Shown one piece after another: positions 1 through 14,700 of a DNA stretch of 62,000 bases (position 1 is its first letter; each line of letters begins with the position of its first letter). Below the pieces are notes generated by a model, which worked only from the letters and a program-made list of their open reading frames with translations, did not search any database and had not been told where the DNA came from. A program made the translations under genes and the position numbers. The DNA is from Acanthaster planci (Eukaryota): positions 1,302,001 through 1,364,000 of the forward strand of contig NW_019091400.1 of the NCBI RefSeq assembly GCF_001949145.1. The letters run 5' to 3'.

Positions 1-2509
1 TGCTCGACCGTCGACGCCTTCCGTTTTGTGCACAGACGTTATGAAAGCTCAAAATCTTATACAACTTTTGTATGGCTATCTGCCTACCGGTGTCTGTGTC
101 TATATTCTAATATGATGTGTCAATAATGCCGATGTGCCAAAACCTTAAATGCACATTTCAATTCACAATCAGCAGAATGTGCATTTGGTTTTGCTCGGTG
201 TGAACAATGCAAATGTGTGTGCATTTGTGCTGCAGATGAATTTTGCTGAGGCTGTGTCATGCATCTTATTTACCTTGTGTGCTGGCACATGTCTGTTCTT
301 CTGTGTTCTGTTTAGAGTACATAACTTGGAATTTGTCCTATCTTATTTTGATATGTCCCAACTTCTCTGCACTTAGTACACTACTTATTCAATATGCCCG
401 TACCTGTAGCTACTTCTGAGTTTTTCTGACTCTGAGAGAACTGGTTGGGAGAATATCTTGTTCTCAACATTTCAAATACATTCAAGCAACACTGACTATT
501 TATCAACCACTTGTCGATTTTGGCTGGTACTCCGTTTATATTCTGTGCACAGGTCATCAGGAAAAAGAAAAACCATTAGTCAACAATAGTCAATGCTTGA
601 ACTTGCTCCTCTATATGGCATAATCCATCTCCAAGAATCTTTCCAACCATGTTGTCCAAAGGAGGGACAGGAAAAAATCCGTCCAAGATGTCGAGACAGA
701 AACCCTCACCGTCAGTTCAATCTGAACCAACAACTCTCCGATGAGGAGATTGAAACAATTTCAATAGACTTTAGCCATTAGGATATCGCGGCGTCTTGTG
801 AACGCCTTGCTCTGCCTTTTGAATGTACATGTATGTAGAAGTAAAGAACTGTGCAACTTCACCTTCAAGGTATTGGTAACTCTGCCAGTCAGAGTCTTAA
901 TGCCCTTGCCCTGGTGCTGTATTCTGCGCAGCCAGAGACTCCCACATACTTGTATGCACTTAGAACCTCAAAATCCCCAAATGAAATAAAATGGCCTCGC
1001 CTCATGATGTCCTCTTTAAAGTACAGAGAGACAATGAAACTCATCTTACTCCCTCCCCCCCCTCCTTTTTTTCGTTATCATCCCCAATACGCTCACCTAC
1101 GTGTTACCCGAAGGATTTCTCCCCACACTTATTGCATCAGGCCCAATCTGCCACATCCATCACAAAACATTTGAGATGCTAATTGTGTTAGCCCGGGTGC
1201 GATTGCGTAGAATTTGGAAACGTGGCTCATGTTTTGGTGCCGCGGGGCCCAGTTGCCCCCTCTCTCCGTCTGCGATGTCAGCATATGTGATAATTTGCTG
1301 GTCCTAACCTAGGTGATGATTTGCCGGGGGGAGACTGAGAAGCAAGAAAGAAAGGAGAAAAGTCGACATGTAGATGCAAGCCTTTCCTCTCTCATTTTAG
1401 TTCTATTGTGAAGTGATATTCTTTCCCAGCACTCATTATAGGGATAAATAAATTACCAGTGTCTAAATATTGTTTCTTAGCCTCTTTTGTAATCAAATTC
1501 TAATTCCAAAGATAGCAAAATGTGATCTCGGTGGCTGAGTATGTTGATTCTGAAGGCCTTTTTCTACGTCTCTGTGTGATGGTACTTACGGTAGTAATTG
1601 ATTTGCAGGTTGTTTCTGTCTGACATTGAATATTACATGGATCAGCTGATATTAACAAAACACTTCTTTTTATGTTGGAATTTAAAAAAACATATTTTTG
1701 GCCCCCAGACTTCCCAGTTCGATGTCTGTTTTTTTGTCACCTTCACTGGAGTAAGATGTCAGAGTGCACTAGTTACCAGTTCCATTATACTGTTATGTGA
1801 GAAATACTGTTTGTCTTTAAAGGAGACTGTACATGAACTATCCTATTTTTACTCAAAGTGCTGGTCACAAATCCTGTCCACTTCGAGCGGGAACAAAGAG
1901 GACGTGTGTGTCGATGGAAATGGTGGTCCTTTGGTACAAACTCACCGTGCAGGCACACAAGTTATGTGCATTTGGCGCAGGGCACACTGAGTACGTGCAG
2001 TGAATCTATGCTGGAATGTTTGGTCTTTATGTGTGCACCGAATGCATACAGGGACCCAGTTGGAAAACTTCTCACCAGCCTTTCTTTCTTCCGCCGGTGA
2101 GGGTTCACTTCAACTCAGGGCGGAAACAGTAGAATATCATGTTGTATGTGGTGCCAGGTTTGCAACATTATTGTATCTGATGTGCGAACCCATATGAAAG
2201 GAACGAGCCCAACCAAATGAACGCAATGAAAGGAGCGCAGAAACTGAACAAGCTTTAATCATTTGTGCGTCTTCTTTTATATACTTGGGCTAGCCGCCAG
2301 CACAGACTGATACATGTAATGCTGTACCAAATTAACATAACAACTGATATCACAAACATAGTCTGACAGAAAGGATAATTTCAAACGTACATGTACCGCT
2401 ATGTGTCGTAGATGATAGAGTAAACCCTGGTAAAAGCAAATGCTAAACTGTCAATGATCCTTTTTGAAACTCATTTGGAGAAACTTTAATTGATGTTTTT
2501 CTTTTCCAG

Positions 2510-2726
2510 GCAAAGAATCCCTTCCAAAAATGTTTACTACTACCGCTGCCCTGACCACCGGAAGAACTACGTTATGTCGTTCCCCTTTGCTTTTGACAAA
2601 GAAGGTGACACGTACCAGTTTGCCTACTGCTATCCGTACTCCTACACACGCCATCAGACGTATCTGGCAGCCATCGAGAAAAGGAAGCTGAACTACTTGG
2701 ACCGGGAGCTGCTGTGTCTTAGCGTG
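2510..2726 (+). CDS. AGBL4: AGBL4 exon: (W)QRIPSKNVYYYRCPDHRKNY...RELLCLSV
   Basis: ttttccag| acceptor, |gtaggt donor; 217 nt. Confidence 0.95.
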
Positions 2727-5700
2727 GTAGGTCTTTGTTGTTACCAGAAAACTAGAAAACCTGTCTTGTGACTATAAAATTAGAATTCCACTTTGCATTT
2801 CCAAAAATACTCCAGGCAACATGAGAACGCATGACAAGTTTGAGCTCTCGACTCCAAGTTGTAAAATATGGCTGCCTGAAGAATGCATTATACAGGCCAG
2901 GGCCCAATTTCACAGTGCTGCTTAACAGTGTAGCAGAAAAGACGTGCTAATTGAAGTAGAATATTTTGCTAATCATAAGCACTGCTTCATGGCATTGCTT
3001 GGCGTGGTTCTGCATACGCTTCCACAGAGATTTCCCCTTATGTCACTATAGCAATTTTTTCCGCAGAGGTAAGCATGCCTTCTGCTTGTATGTTTGCTGT
3101 GGTCTTCATTAAATATGCCTAGCCTCTGTTAGTATGAAATCATGGGCTTAGCAGCAGCGTGAAATTGTGTTCAGCTTCCTTCCTTGTTCTTCACAGCATG
3201 CGTGGAAACACTTGATCATGCACGCATGTGCTTTTCTGTGTGAATTTCAGCTTGGAACCGGCTTTAGGCAATTTTACGGCATTGTAAGGACCTTTTTTTC
3301 TTCTTGCTAAATTGTTTCAGAGTACCTTTGTGTATGGTTCTATTTGCAGACATTATTACTGTGTTCATAACGGAGCTGTTTGCTGCCACCTATATGTACA
3401 TTGGCTTTAGATATTTCCTGTGAGCTTGATGTGTACAGCAGAACAGTAGCCGAAGATGAAATACCTGTACATGTATTTTGCACTATGTAGGAGTCTTTTG
3501 AAACAGGTTTTCCTGTACAAATTCAGTAGTCACTCCAGAAACATTTCAACAGATCTATTTTGATGCATGCAGTGCCGCTTCTCTTGCAGTTGTAACTCCG
3601 AAGAAACTCAGAAAGGCTGCAACCCATCCCCAGTGATTTTGCAGGTTTACTGCTGTTGACTAGAATTTGGTGGAAGTACATGTAAATGACCAAAGCTTTT
3701 GTTGCTTTATTTGACCGTTTTGTGAGCCACTCAGTAGTCTTGATGGTTGAAGTTTGTAAATTGAAAAAGTGCAATCTGATCTGTTAAAACCTAAAATTTG
3801 GTCTCATTTCTTATTTCTTTTCTTGTTTTACAGAGTAAATATCATGCAGTACCCACAACCAGAGTGCTCACAGTTTCTAACTGGTTGCATGAGAAATATA
3901 ATGACAGTTTTGAAATACGTAATATAAAATATGCACTTTTGCAGCAGCAACTCATAAAGACCAAAAACTGGAGGTGCAAGACTATTTCTTTCATTTACAT
4001 GTACAATGTGGATACAACTTTTGTGACTGAAGAGGTTTCAAAATCATATCACAAACAATTTTGAATAAATTCAAAAATCGTAAAAGGACTTGATGACATA
4101 CACCAGGCGTTGCTTCAATATCATTGTTGCTATATTACAATCAAGTGTCGCATAAACCTCATCTACCGTACATGTACACCCCTCTAGGGCATTCCTGCAT
4201 TTCCTCCTACTCCCCCACAACGCCAGAAACTGCCAATTCCCCCCCGCCTCCACATTCCCGGCCACTCCATGCTTCCTCCCCTCTCTCTCTCTCTCTGTGT
4301 CTCTCGCAGGCACGACTGCAGGATCTCCGCAAAACTGGACAAGCCGAAGAGTCCCAGTATACCGTAAATGTTATCACAAACCTGACTGGCACCTCAAAGT
4401 CAGTATTGACAAGTTGTTGAGGGGCAGAGCTAGTCCCGTCCCTTCTTTAGCTGGCCTTCAAGGCTGCATTATAGGATTACTGTCATCTGCCAGTCTTACT
4501 AACCCCCCCCCACACACACCAGGCGATCAACCATTTTCGTTTTTTTTCCCCCCAACTCCTTCTTTCTCGCTTGTCTGAAGAGGTTCTCAAGATGGTGAAT
4601 ACCAATCGTCGGCGTTGGGTCCACTGTTTCTCTTTACGCTGAGCTTGAGATGTGCAATTGGCTTGTCTTTCAATCCGAGTGCCAAATTTGTTTCACAAAT
4701 ATTGGACAGGTTTGCCAGACATTTGCTGTTTTCATTGCAGTGACTTCTTCACTGAGCCATGGCGTGTTGGTTTTAAGGAAATTGCGCTTACATTGTGTAA
4801 TACAAACACATTTTTGTGGGGATTTTTATCTTGAATTGTTTAATCACACATACTTGTACAGTATGTTGGGATTGACATTTTACGATGTAAAAGTAGAATT
4901 TTGAATCAGTTTTTTAAAGTTTCCTGTTTTAAGGAAACTTTACCTTTGATTAGTTTGTATTCTCTTAGACTTGCCAACTGAAAACTGTTGGGAAGCAGCC
5001 AGAAATTGTTAATAAATCCTCAAATGAAAAATGCCCTTTTCTCCCTCTGACTGTACAGTCTGCACGTCAGAAAATTGTGTGGGTTAAATAATTGTTTTTT
5101 CATTGAACCAGAAATGCTCGTTCTCAGGGGCTGTTTTCATTTGGTTGATTCATTTTGAGGAGGAAAAGAGCATCAGAGATCTCAGGATAGAAATCTGACA
5201 CAAATGTCCCATAACATTGAATTAACTCGGGACTGATTGAAGATGCTGAGGGTGTTTACCCTAGCGTAGAATTTCACTGAAGCTGAAAGACTAGTAATGT
5301 AAGATTAGGAAATGATGAAAGAACAACTTACCCGGTACAGTCTCAAAATAACAAAGTTGTCTGGCACCAAATTGTTCCTGCTTCCTGTGTCATGCCTTTC
5401 GTTTTTAGTTGGTGTATGATATTTGAGGGAAGTAGGTCTATGGAATGTTTTCTTTTTTATAGAAAGTTGTTTATTTCAGACAAATTAAGGACATGATTGT
5501 TTGTCCCCGTTTTTACTTTGAGTTCTTTTGAAAATTTAATGTGTTTAAATTTGTCCAAAATGTTCTGAAGATTTTTTCCTTTCTCCAAAAAGTTTAGTCT
5601 GTGGAAGCTCTCGAACTATAGGATTAATGAACTTAGATGAATGAATGGGTATTGTAGGTGGTAATCAGTTACATTGTTGAGATGGAAGCGAATGAAAAGT

Positions 5701-8700
5701 GAGATCTATATATGCAAGAATGGATTCAGGATGATCTGATAGGAAAAACCGGTAGAAGGTGCAACCTAACATGACATTGTTTGTGCACTCGTCTTGGGAG
5801 ATTGGCAAGTGAAGGTGGTTTCCCATTCCTCAGAGATCATATTTACAGGCAGACGACAACAGAGGAGACAGACTCCTAGCTAGCAAACAAGTAGCGAAAA
5901 CATTGGCCAAATAAACCCCGACGGCGAGGCAGAGTGTCTGTCTCCCCCTCTCCCTACTTTCATCTTTCCCCACGAACCCAGGTACATGTAAATACAGGTG
6001 ACCTTGGCTTTGACTGTCAGTGCCGATTAGATGAGAAGAGCTCCAGTGGTGATGATTCAGCATCCACTGTAAACACACCGAACCTCACAGACATACACAA
6101 AAATGCCGACAAGGCTGAGACAGAATAAAAGGGGAAAGCAGGAAGGGAATGAAAAGCGTTTTACCAACTTCTGCCTCCCCCCCTTGGTTAAATGGGCGGG
6201 TGGTGTCACCAACGGAACCAAAAAAAAAAAAAAAAATAAAAATTAGATTTCACCTGTTGACAGATAACAAGAGACAAAAGAAGGCGGGAAGGGAGGCCAG
6301 TGGTTAACACTGGAACAAGGAAACGGCCGGTGATAGGTGTGCTGTCCCAGCCAGGATTCTTGGAGCCAGGAAAGAAGTCGAGGGATGCCTGTTTAAATTT
6401 GTCTCCCGTCTTTATTTTGTTTTGTTTTGTTTTTGTTTTTTTTGGTGGTGGAGGCAAATTGGGAAAGTGGAGACAGGGAAATTTGGAAGGAGGAAGGAAA
6501 GAGGGAAATGAAGTGGCGCAGAGTAATGAGTGGGGAATTGATCGCAGTCACTTGGGGTTTTAGGAGAGAGAGAGAGGTAAACAGGTTTTTTTGGGGGGTG
6601 TTTTTTATGTACATGTATGTACTGTATGTTGTTGAGGAAACCCTTTGTACCAGTGAGCAAAGACTAGACAAAAATATTGGATTTGGAGCCTTGAGTAATT
6701 AAATTGGCAGTTTTTATGCCACACTGAAGGAATGATCTCATTCAGGTAACTTCAGTTTGAAGGCCAAAATTCTTTTGAGACAGATTTGGAGTGATGATAC
6801 GGTTTAATTTTGGTATTCAGGAGAATTTTGTGTTGAGATTTGTCTGAGAGAGATTGACTCTTCTAGAATAATTACTGCTGATTGATGTTTTTCAAAACCT
6901 GGCATAGCTTGAGGGTCTCGTTGTTTAAGATTGCTGAAGATTCAAAAGAAACAGCTACATGCATAAGAACATAGCAAAATTTGGCAGTTTACCTCTCTGA
7001 CAGGTAATCTTTACGTACTTACCTAAAATTGCATTATTTATGCATGTGGCAAATGTGGAGAAAAGTGAGCTAGCAGTTTATGTATGGCATATGTAAACTT
7101 CTCTTCTGCTCAATTTAACGATGTGTATATGTGTAAACTGACAATTTGTTATGGGAGGGATTCATTCATTGTGTCAGAGTCCAGATCTGTATTTATTCCA
7201 CTGCTCTGCATTTGTCATAACACACATTAAAACTACAATGTCACAGCAAGGTGCTAGTGGTGTGTGCCATCCAGTAGAACTGACGCTCAGCCACTGGAGG
7301 TCTGCTCATCAGAGCGAGGGAGTGTGAGCTGTCAGGTTTAGCGCTCTGGGAAGCTCCGCCAATATATTGCCCCGTCAGAAGATAGCCGGCTCATGCATGC
7401 GTGCCCGCAGCATGCCACGGCCAAGGTTACAGTCGGGACGGGGGGGGTTTAGAGATCCTGTTTTTCTGTTTGCTATTACGGCAGGGCTGCAGATGGGGGA
7501 CTGCAGACTTGCATTCAATCAAGCAGAAAAACCCGAGTACGCATTATCCCTTCGCTGCCACCTGCAAGCAACCCCCCCCATCATCAAGATTTGGTACAAG
7601 ATTCGCCAGCAAGGACATCTGACAAGTCTAAAAACGAGTGTAGTAATATACTGCTCCTGTCACAGGCTTATGAAAACAAGGCTTTTTCTTTATGTTAGTC
7701 TCTTTGTTTTCGGTGGACCATTTTTAGTGGCTCGTTGTTGATATAGCAAGTGTCATACAGTAGTATTGTGAGGAGAAAGAGCTCTGCATTTGTATAAATT
7801 GCTGAAGGATTTGCTTTCGTGGTTTTTTTTTTTTGAGAGGCAATGCCATGCTTCCATTACCACTACATGTGCATGTATGTAATTCATTTCCATACAGTTT
7901 TATTGTACTGTGATTGTGGGAATGGTACAAATTCAACCACAAAATAACCTATAGCCAATGAACAGCAAAACAAAATGAAACATTTGCCAAGTTACCATTT
8001 TCATCTACATTTGTAGTCATTCTGTGGCTGTTCATCATTTTTATGGGGGATGAGGCAGTCTGTTCTGGTTTCTATTTTGTGTCTGCTGACTTTTGGAAAA
8101 GTGTGTGAATTGAATGCCAATATTTTTCTTTTGCTCAAAACAGGTTCTTAATTTTAGTCACTTGGCTGGAGACAGGATTTTTAGTTGTGTAATAAACGGA
8201 AACGGACATATATACTTTTAGTCCAGGTCATTCATGGCAAATGGCCTGCCTTACGGTACCTTTGTCACAGAGTGCAGAACATTTTAATACTGCGGTTTTC
8301 ACCCTCCCTTTCACTTTGTATATTCAGCTGTCAGAATGCTAACTGTGAATGCAGTTAGATTTATCGGAGGTTTCTTTTCAGCACATAGTACATGAACTAG
8401 GAAACAATGGGAGGGATTTGTTGACAGAGGTCACAGGCTCTAACTCAGCCACAGAGGATTTGTACAAATACATGTAACTCTTTGCTTTTCTTACCTTTGT
8501 AGCACTGAAAATCTCCAAATCAATTTTCTGATACTGTTTTTAAGTTATACGTCTTGGACAACTGTGTTTTCTACTCATTTTTGGGGGGCCAAGAACTTGT
8601 GAGGGGTGCATATGTTTACATCAAACAAAAATCATACTTTTGTTGCTCAGAGAGGTCATGTGGGTGGCAGCCTGAGTGTGGACAGAGGTCACAGGGTAGT

Positions 8701-11700
8701 GATGTTGTCGAAACAATGTGAAGAAAGAATTGTAAAAGTTTATAGTTAAATTTACTTCTGGTGAGTGAGGTGTGAAAATGATACCATGAGCTTGATAAGA
8801 GAAATCTTCAATTTGGGGGATTTTTTTAATCCAAATTCAAGACATCAAGGGCCAATTTCATAGAGCTGCTTCAGCACAAAATTTGCTTAAGCACAAGAAA
8901 TCCTTACTTTATAAATCAGGTAACCAGCTAAAACTTAGCACGACAATTTGTGGCAAATTTTGTGCTTAAGTAGCTCTATGACATTGGTCCCTGCAGGCAG
9001 GGTGAAAATGAAGGACATTTTTCTGGTTATCCTGAATATTTCCTATGCACCAGTAGAGACAACCTTGAAAGTTTTATTTAAGTGCACTTAAATGTGTTGT
9101 ATGTACACTGTTACAGTATGGCTGACAGTGTTAAGACAGTATGGCGGACATTGTTAGTGTGGCTGACAGTGTTAGGACAGTATGGCTGACAATGTTAATA
9201 CAGTATGGCTGACAGTGTTAGGACAGTATGGCTGACAATGTTAATACAGTATGGCTGACAGTGTTAGGACAGTATGGCTGACAATGTTANNNNNNNNNNN
9301 NNNNNNNNNNNNNNNNNNNNNNNNNNNNNNNNNNNNNNNNNNNNNNNNNNNNNNNNNNNNNNNNNNNNNNNNNNNNNNNNNNNNNNNNNNNNNNNNTGTT
9401 AGGACAGTATGGCTGACAGTGTTAGGACAGTATGGCTGACAGTGTTAGGACAGTATGGCTGACAGTGTTAGGACAGTATGGCTGACAGTGTTAATACAGT
9501 ATGGCTGACAGTGTTAGGACAGTATGGCTGACAGTGTTAGGACAGTATGGCTGACAGTGTTAGGACAGTATGGCTGACAGTGTTAGGCAGTGATGTAGTG
9601 GAGTACTTTTTGAGATTCAAGTTCTCTACCAAACATTTAACTAGTAAGGAGGGAACAAAGCTGGAGTACATTGGCATTTGATGGTACATGCATATTAAAA
9701 GCAACCTAATGACTTCAGACCATCACTGTTTGATTAAAATTAACTTTTTAGGACAAAAGTACTCGGAAAGTACTTGGCCGAGTACTTTCCGAGTACTTTT
9801 CTCCTTAAAACTTAAATTTTACACAACTGGGAGTGTCTGAAGTCTGACATTTATTTTGTAATCTTACCTTTGCACATTTACCATCAAATGCCTGTGCACT
9901 CTGGCTTTATTCCCTCTTACCCAGTTTGGTATTTTGCGGACAGAACGTTGGTACTCGGAAAGTACTCGACTACAGCACTGGTGTTAGGACAGTGTGGCTG
10001 ACAGTGCTACGAAAGTATGGCTGACAGTGTTAGGACAACATGACTGACAGTGTTAAGACAGTATGGCTGACAGTGTTAGGACAGTATGGCTGACAGTGTT
10101 AGGACAGTGTGGCTGACAGTGTTAGGACAGTATGACTGACAGTGTTAGGACAGTGTGGCTGATAGTTTTAGGACAGTATGGATGTCAGTGTTAGGACAGT
10201 ATGGCTGAGATAGTGTTAGGACAGTGTGACTGACAGTGTTAGGACAGTGTGGCTGACAGTGTTAGGATAGTATGGCTTACAGTTTTAGGACAGCATGGCT
10301 GACAGTCTTTGGGCCATCCTGACATTTTTTGTATAATTCATAAAGTTAGGCATTTATTTTATTTGAAACAGTGTGAGGAACTACACACTGTGAAGATGGC
10401 TGCTGAGAAATAACTAACAAATCCATCAAAAACAAAGGCGCCAGCTTTTCAGGAACGGCTAATTTCTTCTGTCTGTCTTCTGGAATTGGAATGACAATCA
10501 TGTCAATCAGTGTAAATGCCACGTCCGTGGGACTTGGCACGCCTGAATGGAAAAAGTCTAGCCATGGAGAACACTGGCGACAATTGGAAGAGCTCCCGCT
10601 CTCGGCACAGCCAAGCAACAGGGTTAAAAATACACCCCTGTGTTGACACACTCGTATTGATAAAGTCACATTTCTTCATTCGGTAGCAACAGTCGATTTC
10701 TGTGATGTCTCTTGAAGAAACCCCCAGACTCGTATGTGCCTATTATTACTGTTTCCATGCATCTTCTTTAATCTGTTCTGATAATGAAAACTGCAGCGTC
10801 CCTGCACTTTGGTGCAATAACGTAGAGGATGTTAAACAATCAGCCCCTTTTTTTTTATTTGAGGGAGGTTGGCAGCTCGCAAATAAAAGTGTATGTGCAT
10901 TGTTCTGTTACGGATGCAAGGCTTTGCAGTTCGCCTGGGGGGATGTGCTATCTTTCCCTCCCTGCCTAACACCTTTTACTTTGTCACGCGACAAAATAGT
11001 CTGATGACCTTGAGCTGGCACGGCCGGTACATGGAATGGTAAACAGATTTTTTTTTTTCATTTTGTTGTAAAATTTCTGTTAAAAAAGAGTGGATTTGAA
11101 TGGAGATCTACACATCAGCGGATGAGGCGTTCCCCAGAGGAACTCTCTACTTGGTTATGTCATTTTCCTACATCACTCTTATTTTGTTAAGATAAACCTA
11201 GGACTTCCCTCCCCCAATTGATATCAACTCTGAATGTAGTAATTTTGTTTCACAAACGCCATTACTGTAATTCGATAAACATGTATGTCTGACTGTTGCA
11301 TGACAGCTTAAACATGAAGGCGCCTGGGTTAAAAAGCTTCTGACATTTGATTTTACCATCTAAAGCCTACTTCGGCAATCAGATTGAATTTGGGAATGGC
11401 TGATGGCAGAGGGGTTGTGATGGGAGGGGCATGCATGGTCTGATTTATGGGAGGGCGCTTTATTCCCTCCGCCACTTTCTTCCACCAATGAAAAAGTAGC
11501 TTATGAAAAGTAAAGCAAAACACAAAAAGTGGAAAAAACAAAATGTTCGGGAAAAAAATTAATTAACAACACGTGGAACACTTCAAAAGATCTTCTTATT
11601 CCCTCTTTATTGTAGACACAATTTTAGTATACGCAGAGGAGTTTTAAATCGGCGGGAAAGCTGAATAACATTTAAAACCTGCCCCCACCCATCAAGATTT

Positions 11701-14700
11701 TGAATTGCAGCTAGTTTGAGTGCACTTGTTGTTTGATATATCCAGTTGTTAGTGATGTTTTGTACCCAATTTTCCCAGCCACATTCAGTTTAAATTAATC
11801 TTGTTGATAAAACATCTGGTGTAAAGATGAAGGGGAAAGATTGTGATCTTTGGCCTTTCTTTTTTATATTACCCATGGACAATTGAAGTAGCATTTTGGG
11901 GGCCTCCTGAGGCAGCCCCCAACCTGTTTATGACCTTATTAAATAATAAATATTATAAACATTCATTAAAATTGACAGCCATTTGGAGAAAAGAATTGTG
12001 AAAAATGAATCTCACCAATGTTGTTCATGATATAAGACTGACCACATGTGGGAATAATCATCATGCACCATACTCACTTCTTTGTAAAGATACCGTACAG
12101 ATGGAACAGTGTACTCTTGAGAAACTGTAATCTTCAGATTGGAAAATGTAGTCTACATTGATGTTTGTTTTTTTAATTTAAATAAATAAAAAACCCATTA
12201 GTCATTTCGGGGGGGGGGGGAATAATATAAGAGTGGGGCAAAGGGGGTGTAGCCGGCCTTAGCATTGCTCCATTGTCAGTTGAATTTTATGCTGCCATTT
12301 CACACAACACCTGCAATATCCAGACGTGTCAATGCTTGTTGTCACTGATCATCAAATTACTCTCAGACTCAGTGAGCCCTTCCCTTTATTCCCTGTGTAG
12401 GCGCACCATGAGCTTTTGTCTTTCGCACCATTTGAGAAAGCTGGAGTGCAGCCGATGACAAGAAATTACGCGCTTTGAGCGGAGTGGACGAAGTGAAGTT
12501 ATCGGGCATGAATAATTCAGACCCAGTGCAATTATGATTCATGTTTTATGTTTATCTTTTTAGACACAGAAGAGAGAAAAAAAGTGCATGGTAATGACAG
12601 ACATTGAGGAATGCCAGCTTTAATTAATTTCAGCAGACTGATCCGCCATCATGAGAATAATGAATTTTACCTGTGGCTGTGAATGGAAAAACCTGTTTTT
12701 CTGCTTGTGTGCTCCTGTCACGAATGCGAGTGTGGAGATTAAAAAAAAAATTGGGTGGGGGAAACATAACGCATGAATATTTGATCGCGGCCCTTCAAAG
12801 TACATTGACACCTCCACTGCATCACCGGTGCCTCAATCAATACCAAGGCTGATGTACGCACTTACTGGAAAATGCGGGGGGGGAGATCGGGTGTCTGTCA
12901 TGGCTGGTAGGCCATGCTCATTCATGGCCACAAATGGACCTCTCCCTCCCACTGCCCACAATAGCTCTCACCCATCGGCGCTGGTGGTGGTGTCATTCTT
13001 GTATGTCTTAACAAAAGAAGCTAACTGAAGGTAGCTATTGGTGTGATGCAGTGTTTTAAAAAAACTGGCCTTGGAAAGGTTGCATTGGCGAGAGTGCGTT
13101 GGCTCAGCTGGGGGAGAGGAGTTGCTGTAGGAAGTGTGAATTTGTAACATAGTGTCTCTTCTATCAGTTCCTGAAAGGCCTATTTTTTAACCTGACTTGT
13201 TCAGTGCTCATTTTTATCAATCCACAGTATATTTCACTTGTTTATTCCCCAATTTTTTTAAAAGCCACTGAGCTTATTTGGAAATCTCTGGCAATGTGGA
13301 AACTATTAATCACTGTAAACAAGAAACAGAACAAAGTTGCATGGGGAAATTAACTGTTTGTTCTTTAAATACATGCATTGAAGTTGGCAGTGTTTAATGA
13401 ATTGTCCTTCAAATGTGTTTATACAGAATGGAAGGTGAAGTGTGTTTTGGCATTGTAGCCCCCCAAAAAGTCAAATTTTAGTGTTTCTAGTGGAAGTAAT
13501 TTTTCAACCAAAAGTGATGTACAGGTTTTTTTTATGTTAACAACATGCAGCGAAGTACATCAATTAATTGAAATTCAAGTTCTTTTCGGAATTTGCTCTA
13601 CCACATTCATCGTGGAAACTGAAAGAATGAGATATTAAAGACAAAGCATTAGTACCTCCGATGACAGAAATTGATCAATGTATGTGTACGTAACCTTGTT
13701 AATATAATGCAATAGTTGGACCATCTTTTTTCTTGTGCACTTTAAAAATTCAAGCTGTGATCACAAGCTTAAGTACATCTTTAAAACACTAGAGTCACCC
13801 CGATTCTAAATGTCATTTTGCACTGATTTTTGCTTCAAATTTTGCTCCAAAGATTAATATTCTTGCCAAGAAATGAGCCTCTCCACATGCACGCACCAAT
13901 GTTAGGATATTCAAACGCACGCACACTCGCTCACATTCACAGTGTGCGTTAAGCAAACACCGCAAGTCTAAACTGACCCCAAACACACAATCATTTCAAT
14001 TCCTAATTGATTCAGCGTGCCCGTATCATAAAAGCCTCTTTTGTGGAATGGAGAAAAAAATTGGGAGAAAATTAATCGCAATCATAACCGTTTTATTTGT
14101 TTGAGCACACTTTTTTCTTTTTTCGTTTTTTTTTTTGGGCTCGTGCTTGGGATCGTGTCTTTGCATTTGTTTCCGGAATGTGGAGGGTTGGTGTTTTGGA
14201 TAATCGCTGTTGACAAATCTGCTAATGTTACCCTGAGGTCAAAAAGGCTTCTTTAGACGGTCCATTTCAGAAGGTGGCCACATGTGCAGGTTCTTTGGGA
14301 CACTCCTTTTCTTCTAAATTTGAAAAATGGAGTTTTTTCCCCTACAAAAGGTATTTGTTGTCTCAAATGTTTCGTCTTTTTGGCTGCAGACAAGATAAGA
14401 AAGTTGATAATTCACCATTTACAGAAACAATTCATCTGCCATTTCAAGGAACCCTGTGAAAAGATCTGTCTCACTGAAGGCAAAAATCTGTGAGGCTTTA
14501 TCTTTCTTCTGTCCTCAGACCTTCCCTGATATTCTCAAACAACCTATAGTTTTCTCAGAAGGGGGCTTTGTTGGTATCGAGGAAAAACATGTGCAAATAG
14601 CTCTGAGATTTACTTGAAATTTTGTAAGATTAGAACGGTCACTTTCGTTTTTTTTTTTTTTTGCAGATAAGCCCTGTCCCAGATGCCCATGCATTGTGTC

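Larger units (their letters stand above)
9112..10306. repeat. 23-bp minisatellite (GACAGTATGGCTGACAGTGTTAG)n, interrupted by an assembly gap and a MITE
   Basis: Directly visible tandem array; the unit is a dimer of related 12- and 11-bp GACAGT subunits. Confidence 0.95.

Noticed and set aside
9112..10306. Regular repeat array resembling CRISPR
   Set aside because: No unique spacers, no cas genes, eukaryotic intron context; it is a minisatellite.
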